The position numbers and the translations under genes were made by a program. Below are positions 52,509 to 58,174 of a stretch of 58,174 bases of DNA, piece after piece. The notes beneath the pieces are model-generated. The model had not been told where the DNA came from, did no database searches, and saw only the letters and a list, made by a program, of their open reading frames with translations. How positions within the stretch are numbered: the first letter of the stretch is position 1; the number at the start of each line of letters is the position of its first letter. This DNA comes from a candidate division NPL-UPA2 bacterium Unc8 (GTDB taxonomy: Bacteria; NPL-UPA2): contig NDHY01000006.1 in the NCBI GenBank assembly GCA_003574845.1, positions 1 to 58,174 on the forward strand, read 5' to 3'.

Positions 52509-53257
52509 GCATCGTAACCAATAAAGAGATATCTCCAGAGTATTTCAAAATGTCTCTGGAGGCAGGCAAAATAGCCAAAATAGCAAAACCGGGGCAGTTT
52601 CTTCACATTAAGATTGATGATATGCCTTTTTTAAGAAGACCCTTTAGTCTACATCGAATGTATAACTCAAACATTGACATTTTCTATCATGTGGTTGGAA
52701 AGGGAACACAAGCCCTAAGTCAAAAGGAGAGTGGGGCAAAGCTTGATATACTTGGCCCTCTTGGAAATGGATTTGAAATTAAAGAGATAAAAAACCAGGT
52801 GCTTATTGGTGGCGGGATTGGCATTGCCCCTCTTTTTGCCCTGGCTGAAGCACTGGTTAATACTTCTACCCAAATTTGTGTCATTATTGGAGCAAAGACG
52901 AAAGAGAGACTTCTTTGTGAGGAAGACTTTGCAAAACTTGGCTGCAAAGTTCAAGTGGCAACTGAGGATGGAACAGGTGGCAAAAAGGGAATGGCAACGG
53001 ATATTCTTAAAGATATTCTTCTCTCCTTGCCACCAACAGAAACCATTCTTTATTCCTCGGGACCAAATAAGATGTTAGCAGAAGTAAGCCGGGTGGCTAA
53101 TGTTGCTTCAGTCTCCTGCCAGATTTCATTGGAGGAAACCATCTGCTGTGGAGTAGGGGCTTGCCTTGGCTGTGTGGTAAAGACGGCAACTGGTTACAAG
53201 AGAGTTTGTAGTGAAGGTCCGGTTTTCAAGTCAGATGAGATTTTGTTGGGAAGTTGA
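52490..53257 (+). CDS. pyrK: Dihydroorotate dehydrogenase electron-transfer subunit
   Basis: LRRPFS, GPLGNGF, GGGIGIAP and CGVGACLGC...VCSEGPVF motifs. Confidence 0.92.
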   Translation: MWQDKVSIVTNKEISPEYFKMSLEAGKIAKIAKPGQFLHIKIDDMPFLRRPFSLHRMYNSNIDIFYHVVGKGTQALSQKESGAKLDILGPLGNGFEIKEIKNQVLIGGGIGIAPLFALAEALVNTSTQICVIIGAKTKERLLCEEDFAKLGCKVQVATEDGTGGKKGMATDILKDILLSLPPTETILYSSGPNKMLAEVSRVANVASVSCQISLEETICCGVGACLGCVVKTATGYKRVCSEGPVFKSDEILLGS

Positions 53258-54009
53258 TGGAAGGGGGCACTAAATTAATTCTTGCGCTTGACCTGGACGA
53301 GAAAGAAGCTGCCCTTAAAATAGTTGACCGCCTCAAAGATTACATTCGGATTTTTAAGATAGGAGCCCAACTCTTTACTGCACATGGCACTGATATTGTA
53401 AAGATGATTCAGGAAAAGGGAGTTGAAGTATTCCTTGACTTGAAATACCATGATATTCCGGTAACAGTTGCCCGTGCCGCCGCTGCCGCTACTCAGCTTG
53501 GGGTTTATATCTACAATCTTCACATTCTCGGCGGAGCAGAAATGATGAAAAAAGCAAAAGAAGCTACGGTCAGGAGGGCTGAAGAGTCAAGGATAAGAAA
53601 GCCAATTATCCTTGGGGTAACAATATTGACAAGTCTGGATGATGATGCGATGCAGGAGTTGAGAATAGAAGGTCCAGTCAAAGAGAGAGTGGTGCAGTTT
53701 GCATCTCTTGCCCGCTCAGCAGGAATAGATGGAGTGGTTTCTTCTCCTCAGGAAATTAAATTCATTCGCCAGGAATGCGGTAGTGATTTTATTATTCTTA
53801 CCCCTGGGGTCAGACATCAGTCTGATATTAGCTCGCCGCAGGACTTAATGTCTAAGTACAATGACCATAAGAGAACGCTCGGAGTTGCGGACGCCGTCCG
53901 AGATGGAGCCGACTTTATCGTTGTTGGAAGACCGATTTTAGAAGCACATGACCCGGTAAGGGCAACACAGGGAATATTGCAAGAAATGAGAGCAGCGGGG
54001 AATGACTGA
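53257..54009 (+). CDS. pyrF: Orotidine-5'-phosphate decarboxylase
   Basis: LALD, FLDLKYHDIP, TPGVR and VVGRPI motifs. Confidence 0.96.
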   Translation: MEGGTKLILALDLDEKEAALKIVDRLKDYIRIFKIGAQLFTAHGTDIVKMIQEKGVEVFLDLKYHDIPVTVARAAAAATQLGVYIYNLHILGGAEMMKKAKEATVRRAEESRIRKPIILGVTILTSLDDDAMQELRIEGPVKERVVQFASLARSAGIDGVVSSPQEIKFIRQECGSDFIILTPGVRHQSDISSPQDLMSKYNDHKRTLGVADAVRDGADFIVVGRPILEAHDPVRATQGILQEMRAAGND

Positions 54010-54571
54010 AGAAGAAGTTTTACTTATTCTTGAAAAGACAGGGGCTCTTCTTAAGGGGCATTTTCGGCTAAGCTCAGGGCTTCATGGCAGTGAGTATGTT
54101 CAGATGGCTCTGGTGCTTTCTTATCCTGCTTATGCATCAAGACTGGGAGAGGCGCTTGCCCAACGGTTCGCAAGTAAGAAAATAGATATTGTGATTGGCC
54201 CGGCGTTAGGAGGGATTATTCTTTCTTATGAAGTAGGAAGAGCACTCGGGAAAAGGGCAATATTTGCTGAAAAAGAGAACGGTATCTTTAAACTCCGACG
54301 CGGCTTCTATGTTCAGAAAGGAGAGAATGTCCTCGTCGTTGAGGATGTAACCACAACCGGTGGCTCTGCCCTTGAGATAGTAACTCTGATAAAGGAGTTG
54401 GGGGGAGTAATAGCAGGAGTTGGCTCTCTTGTTGACCGTTCAACCGAGGGCTCTCAATTGTTAGCTCTTAATCATCAGGCACTTATTCATCTCTCATTGG
54501 AGTCTTATCGTCAGGAGGAATGCCCTTTATGCAAGGAGGGCATACCCGTTGAAAAACCCGGATCAGGGTAA
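54002..54571 (+). CDS. pyrE: Orotate phosphoribosyltransferase
   Basis: GHFRLSSGLH, VVEDVTTTGGS and CPLC...KPGS motifs. Confidence 0.95.
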   Translation: MTEEEVLLILEKTGALLKGHFRLSSGLHGSEYVQMALVLSYPAYASRLGEALAQRFASKKIDIVIGPALGGIILSYEVGRALGKRAIFAEKENGIFKLRRGFYVQKGENVLVVEDVTTTGGSALEIVTLIKELGGVIAGVGSLVDRSTEGSQLLALNHQALIHLSLESYRQEECPLCKEGIPVEKPGSG

Positions 54572-54618
54572 TTGAACCCTTGAATCCCTGAACCCTTTTT
54601 GGCAAGGTATTGACTATT

Positions 54619-55464
54619 ATGAAAAGTATGACTGGATTTGGACGCGCGGCAGCCAATAGAAACCAGGGTGAATTGGTAGTAGAAATTAGGTCTTTCAACC
54701 ACCGTTTCTTTGAGTTCAAAACAAATTTTCCGCCATCTCTTGGTAACATTGAAATAAAAACAAGAGAACTACTGCGCAAAAAAGTGCAACGCGGGTCTAT
54801 CTACTTATCAATAAACTGCGAAGACAAGAAGGTTAAAATTGACCAGGAACTAATAATGGATTATGTAGAAAAGATTCGGTCATTGAAAGACTCTTTAGGT
54901 TTATCTGGTGAAATTGATGTGAGCTTCCTAACGCGACTCCCCGGGGCAGTATCTTTGGGAAATAATGCAAAAGAAAAAATAAAATGGGATTCACTAAAGA
55001 AGGTGATTGAAGAAGCATTGAGAAGGCTCGTGATGGGGCGTGAGAGAGAAGGTGGGCTCATTCAGCAGGACATTATTCACAGACTGGCAATTATTAACCG
55101 TCATCGTGAAAAAATAAAAGAAAGGTTGCCCCTGAGAATAAAAAAATATCGCGAGCGGCTGGTAAAGAAAATAAAAGGGCTTGCTAAAGATGAAGAGCGG
55201 CTGGCACTTGAGGTATCGCTCTTTACGGATCGCTCAGATGTTTCGGAAGAGATGACAAGATTCAGCGGACTTCTTTGTGAGCTGCGCCGGATTGTAGGAG
55301 CATCCAGGCCAGTTGGGAGGGAGTTAGAGTTTGTGCTTCAGGAGATGGGGCGTGAAGTAAATACCATTACTGCCAAGGCAAATGATTTGTCAATCTCAAA
55401 GGCAGTTATCTCCATTAAAAATGAATTAGAGAAAATAAAAGAGCAGGTGTTGAATGTTGAATGA
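54619..55464 (+). CDS. yicC: YicC/YloC family endoribonuclease
   Basis: SMTGFG, GRELEFVLQEMGREVNT and KEQVLNVE motifs. Confidence 0.93.
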   Translation: MKSMTGFGRAAANRNQGELVVEIRSFNHRFFEFKTNFPPSLGNIEIKTRELLRKKVQRGSIYLSINCEDKKVKIDQELIMDYVEKIRSLKDSLGLSGEIDVSFLTRLPGAVSLGNNAKEKIKWDSLKKVIEEALRRLVMGREREGGLIQQDIIHRLAIINRHREKIKERLPLRIKKYRERLVKKIKGLAKDEERLALEVSLFTDRSDVSEEMTRFSGLLCELRRIVGASRPVGRELEFVLQEMGREVNTITAKANDLSISKAVISIKNELEKIKEQVLNVE

Positions 55465-55672
55465 GATTTCAATAGAAGAATTACGGAAAAAAGTCGGGAG
55501 TGTTTATAAATTGGTTAATCTTGCCGCTATGAGAGCAAGGGATTTGAATGATGGTGCACCCAAATTGGTGAATATAGACACAAAAAACACAATTCTCATC
55601 GCTCTAACAGAGATCGCCGAAGAAAAGATCAGATGCAAAAAAGAAGATGCAGACAAAGAATCCGTTATTTAA
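55454..55672 (+). CDS. rpoZ: RNA polymerase omega subunit
   Basis: SVYKLVNLAAMRARDL and ALTEIAE motifs; yicC-rpoZ-coaBC context. Confidence 0.9.
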   Translation: MLNEISIEELRKKVGSVYKLVNLAAMRARDLNDGAPKLVNIDTKNTILIALTEIAEEKIRCKKEDADKESVI

Positions 55673-56210
55673 AGAAAAGGAGATTATCCTTGGGGTAACC
55701 GGGAGCATTGCTGCATACAAGGTGGCAGAGCTCATCGGTGCACTGAAGAAGGAAGAAGCGGAAGTTACCGTCATGATGACCGAATCCGCAAAGAGATTTA
55801 TCACTCCGCTTACTTTAAGGACAATTTCTAAAAATTATGTCTACCATTCACTTTTTACTGAGGAGTGGAACATCTCGCATATTTCCCTTGCCACTAAAGG
55901 AGACCTTATCCTCATTGCTCCGGCAACAGCAAATATTATTGCAAAACTCGCCGCTGGATTTGCTGATGACCTGCTTACCGCTGTTTGTTTGTCAACGAAG
56001 GCTCCAATATTGATTGCCCCGGCAATGAATTCTCAGATGTACGCCAACCCTATCTTGCAGGAAAACATAAAAAAGCTGAAAAAATCAGGCTATCGGATTA
56101 TTCCCCCCGTCTCAGGCACTCTTGCCTGCGGTGAAATCGGTGAGGGGCGATTGGCATCTATTGAGGCTATCCTCAAGGAAATCAAGAGAACCTTTGAGAA
56201 ATCCCATTAA
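55647..56210 (+). CDS. coaC: Phosphopantothenoylcysteine decarboxylase (stand-alone)
   Basis: GVTGSIAAYK, APATANIIAK, PAMN and LACG motifs. Confidence 0.9.
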   Translation: MQTKNPLFKEKEIILGVTGSIAAYKVAELIGALKKEEAEVTVMMTESAKRFITPLTLRTISKNYVYHSLFTEEWNISHISLATKGDLILIAPATANIIAKLAAGFADDLLTAVCLSTKAPILIAPAMNSQMYANPILQENIKKLKKSGYRIIPPVSGTLACGEIGEGRLASIEAILKEIKRTFEKSH

Positions 56211-56224
56211 AATTAGATTTCAGG

Positions 56225-56887
56225 ATGAAAAGCAAGAAAGGAATGTTGGCAGGCAAGAAACTGCTCATTACCGCTGGTCCAACTGAGGAACCAATAGACC
56301 CGGTGCGCTTCATCTCTAACCGCTCTACGGGAAGGATGGGATACCTCCTGGCATCATCTGCTCATCAGGAAGGAGCAATAGTTACTCTTATCAGTGGACC
56401 CACTCATCTTTCTCCTCTACAAGAAATCAAAGAGTATATCTCGGTCAGAACGGCTCTTGAGATGAGAGAAGAAGTGCTGAAAAGAATTAAGGCTTGTGAT
56501 GTCCTCATTATGGCTGCTGCTCCATCTGACTACAGACCTCGGCATTACTCAGCTAAAAAAATAAAGGGGAAGAAGAAAACCGCTTCCATTGAGCTTTTCC
56601 CCAATCCGGACATCCTGAAAGAAGTGGGAGAAAAAAAGAGAAAAAAGATGGTTGTTGTCGGATTTGCCGCCGAAACGGATAATCTAATTAACAATGCCCG
56701 CAGAAAACTTAAAGAGAAAAACCTTGATTTCATCATTGCCAATCGGATTGATATCAACGGAGCAGGATTTGGCACCGCTACCACCGAAGTAAAGATTATC
56801 ACAAAAGAAAAAACAGAAATCCTTGACGGCATCAGTAAAGAAGAACTTTCCTCCATCATCCTCAAAAAATTGGGTGGTGAAGGCTGA
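56225..56887 (+). CDS. coaB: Phosphopantothenate--cysteine ligase (stand-alone)
   Basis: TAGPTEEPIDPVRFISNRSTGRMG, AAAPSDY and GFAAET motifs. Confidence 0.9.
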   Translation: MKSKKGMLAGKKLLITAGPTEEPIDPVRFISNRSTGRMGYLLASSAHQEGAIVTLISGPTHLSPLQEIKEYISVRTALEMREEVLKRIKACDVLIMAAAPSDYRPRHYSAKKIKGKKKTASIELFPNPDILKEVGEKKRKKMVVVGFAAETDNLINNARRKLKEKNLDFIIANRIDINGAGFGTATTEVKIITKEKTEILDGISKEELSSIILKKLGGEG

Positions 56888-56918
56888 AGGCTGAAGACTG
56901 TTAGACTGTTAGACTGTT
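56878..56918. repeat. Heptamer array, (GAAGGCT)2 then (GACTGTT/A)3
   Basis: Contains the dispersed 20-mer also found at 18879 and 43078. Confidence 0.8.
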
Positions 56919-56919
56919 C

Positions 56920-56941
56920 GTAGCGGTCGGATTTATCCGAC
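56920..56941 (+). repeat. REP-like hairpin with GTAG foot
   Basis: GTAG-CG-GTCGGAT-TT-ATCCGAC. Confidence 0.55.
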
Positions 56942-56961
56942 TCTTGAAATCACAAATTCCC

Positions 56962-56993
56962 GTTTCAATCCACGCCCCCGCACGGGGGGCGAC
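56962..56993 (-). CRISPR. Solitary type I-C-like CRISPR repeat (32 nt)
   Basis: Minus strand reads GTCGCCCCCCGTGCGGGGGCGTGGATTGAAAC: GTCGC start, hairpin, ATTGAAAC end. Single copy; no cas genes in the window. Confidence 0.8.
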
Positions 56994-57023
56994 TGTTACA
57001 GACATCATAGCCTTCACGCGCAG

Positions 57024-57051
57024 GAGTTCCCCACACATGTGGGGATGGACC
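57024..57051 (+). CRISPR. Solitary type I-E-like CRISPR repeat (28 nt)
   Basis: GAGTTCCCCACACATGTGGGGATGGACC fits the G(A/T)GTTCCCC-hairpin-GGGGAT-NN-ACC(G) pattern; single copy. Confidence 0.75.
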
Positions 57052-57336
57052 TTAATTAGACACCCTGATAAAACTTATCATGAAAAGGGGGTTGATGTTC
57101 GTTTGTCTGTAGAGATGATTAGATTTGCTCGAGAAAATAAATACAATATTGCTTATTTGGTGAGTTCTGACACAGATTTGGTGGCAGCAGTAGAAGAAGT
57201 TCGGTCAATCGGAAAAACCATTCAATATGTCGGCATTCCTAAGGGACAGTCATATGGGCTTTCAAGTGTTGCTAATAATGTTAGATTATTAAGGCTGGAA
57301 GAAATAGAAAAATTTTTTCCTGAAACAAAAAATTAA
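57052..57336 (+). pseudogene. NYN (PIN-like/LabA) domain gene, 5'-truncated
   Basis: EKGVDV..MI, YLVSSDTDL and GKTIQYVG motifs are present; the N-terminal DGxN half is absent and replaced by repeats. Confidence 0.75.
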
Positions 57337-57343
57337 GAACCAA

Positions 57344-57559
57344 ATGATGAAGGGATTTATCTTATTTGAATTATATTTAAAAATTGCTTTAATTCTTTCG
57401 ATTGTCTTTTTTCCTATGGCAGTTTTAAAGCTATGGAGAGAATTTCCTCAAATAGCTTTAGTTGTAGGAATTTGGGGTGGAATCACTATTTTTATTATTT
57501 ATTGGCTTGGCCCCAAATTGATAAAAGAATTGAAAAAAGGAGATGATGAAAATGGCTAA
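57344..57559 (+). CDS. Small hypothetical membrane protein (2 TM)
   Basis: Hydrophobic ORF in AT-rich DNA, co-oriented and overlapping the next ORF. Confidence 0.5.
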   Translation: MMKGFILFELYLKIALILSIVFFPMAVLKLWREFPQIALVVGIWGGITIFIIYWLGPKLIKELKKGDDENG

Positions 57560-57770
57560 ACTATCTAAAAACCCCCTTTATTGCTTGCTAATTTTAACTT
57601 ATTGCTTGCTTTCAGCTATGACAGTTGGTATGCTATTGACTATTATTGTTGAACTTGAAGACCCCAAAGATCCCATGGTAGTTTTAATTCTTATAGGATC
57701 TATAATTTTTCTTATATTTTTTGCTTATTGGGTTTGCAAAAAACTAATAGAAGAATCGAAAGAACCCTAA
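57543..57770 (+). CDS. Small hypothetical membrane protein (2 TM)
   Basis: Two hydrophobic segments; AGGAGA RBS before ATG at about 57552. Confidence 0.5.
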   Translation: MMKMAKLSKNPLYCLLILTYCLLSAMTVGMLLTIIVELEDPKDPMVVLILIGSIIFLIFFAYWVCKKLIEESKEP

Positions 57771-57819
57771 CTGTTTTTTAATTATGAAAGAAAAAGTTAA
57801 GAAAAAGATTTAATTCAAT

Positions 57820-58065
57820 ATGGGAAATTTAATCATTGGCTTTATCTTGGTAACTGCTGGATTTATTATTGTTCGGATGGCACACCAACCTGCCACGAAA
57901 CGACCTCTATTGTTTAATTCAGTAGTTTTGACTTCTATAATACCCACTATCTTGATTATTGGAGGATTATATTTATGTTTTATGGTGCAATGGTATTTTG
58001 CTATTATTGTTTTTTTTACAGCACCACTTGTTGCAGAAATTATCCGGAAATTAATTTGGCATTAA
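57820..58065 (+). CDS. Small hypothetical membrane protein (2-3 TM)
   Basis: Hydrophobic ORF in AT-rich DNA. Confidence 0.5.
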   Translation: MGNLIIGFILVTAGFIIVRMAHQPATKRPLLFNSVVLTSIIPTILIIGGLYLCFMVQWYFAIIVFFTAPLVAEIIRKLIWH

Positions 58066-58174
58066 TAGAATAAATTTATTAAAAATAGATCAATTAATTA
58101 TAAATTTAATGAAGTAATATGAATATAGTAGAAATATTTCTTGTCCTCCTCTCTTTATTAATATATCTTCTTTT

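Noticed and set aside
56944-57051. N-terminal part of ORF 56944-57336 as real protein
   Set aside because: VSIHAPARGAT and SSPHMWGWT are translations of CRISPR repeats; there is no RBS, and only the NYN part looks coding.
56962-57051. A conventional CRISPR array
   Set aside because: The two repeats differ in sequence, subtype and orientation; there is no third repeat, leader or cas gene.

Overview
This is chromosomal DNA from an anaerobic bacterium (bacterial gltX, rpoZ, secG, pyrR and sigma70-type promoters). It has six blocks. (1) 85-17336: a lipid/acyl-CoA catabolic region with a serine hydrolase, BtrH-like protein, MaoC pair, CoA-transferase, MBL hydrolase, FadN/FadA/FadE-like genes, two SCP2 proteins, Fe-ADH, AOR, a Cys-less thiolase and an SDR. 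Several of these genes are frameshifted or interrupted. (2) gltX, then a HydCB/GltD-type (Bfu/Nfn-like) flavin-FeS complex heading a hybrid Wood-Ljungdahl operon: archaeal-type CdhA/B/C with AcsE, AcsD, AcsC, two CooC, DUF166 and Fhs. (3) A GC-richer Mrp/Mbh-type antiporter cluster containing one decayed MrpD paralog. (4) tRNA-Met(CAT), amrA and a TatD-radical SAM fusion. (5) DUF1015-gap-pgk-tpiA-secG on the minus strand, divergent from pyrR-B-C-K-F-E-yicC-rpoZ-coaC-coaB; pyrD and gmk are missing from their usual slots. (6) An AT-rich tail joined through a composite junction: heptamer array, REP-like hairpin, lone type I-C CRISPR repeat, 30 nt, lone type I-E CRISPR repeat, then a 5'-truncated NYN gene. 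About 16 short tandem arrays (mostly 7-mer, often paired as inverted arms) sit at gene junctions, and one is inserted in-frame in a gene. All calls come from motif recognition by eye; no database searches were run.
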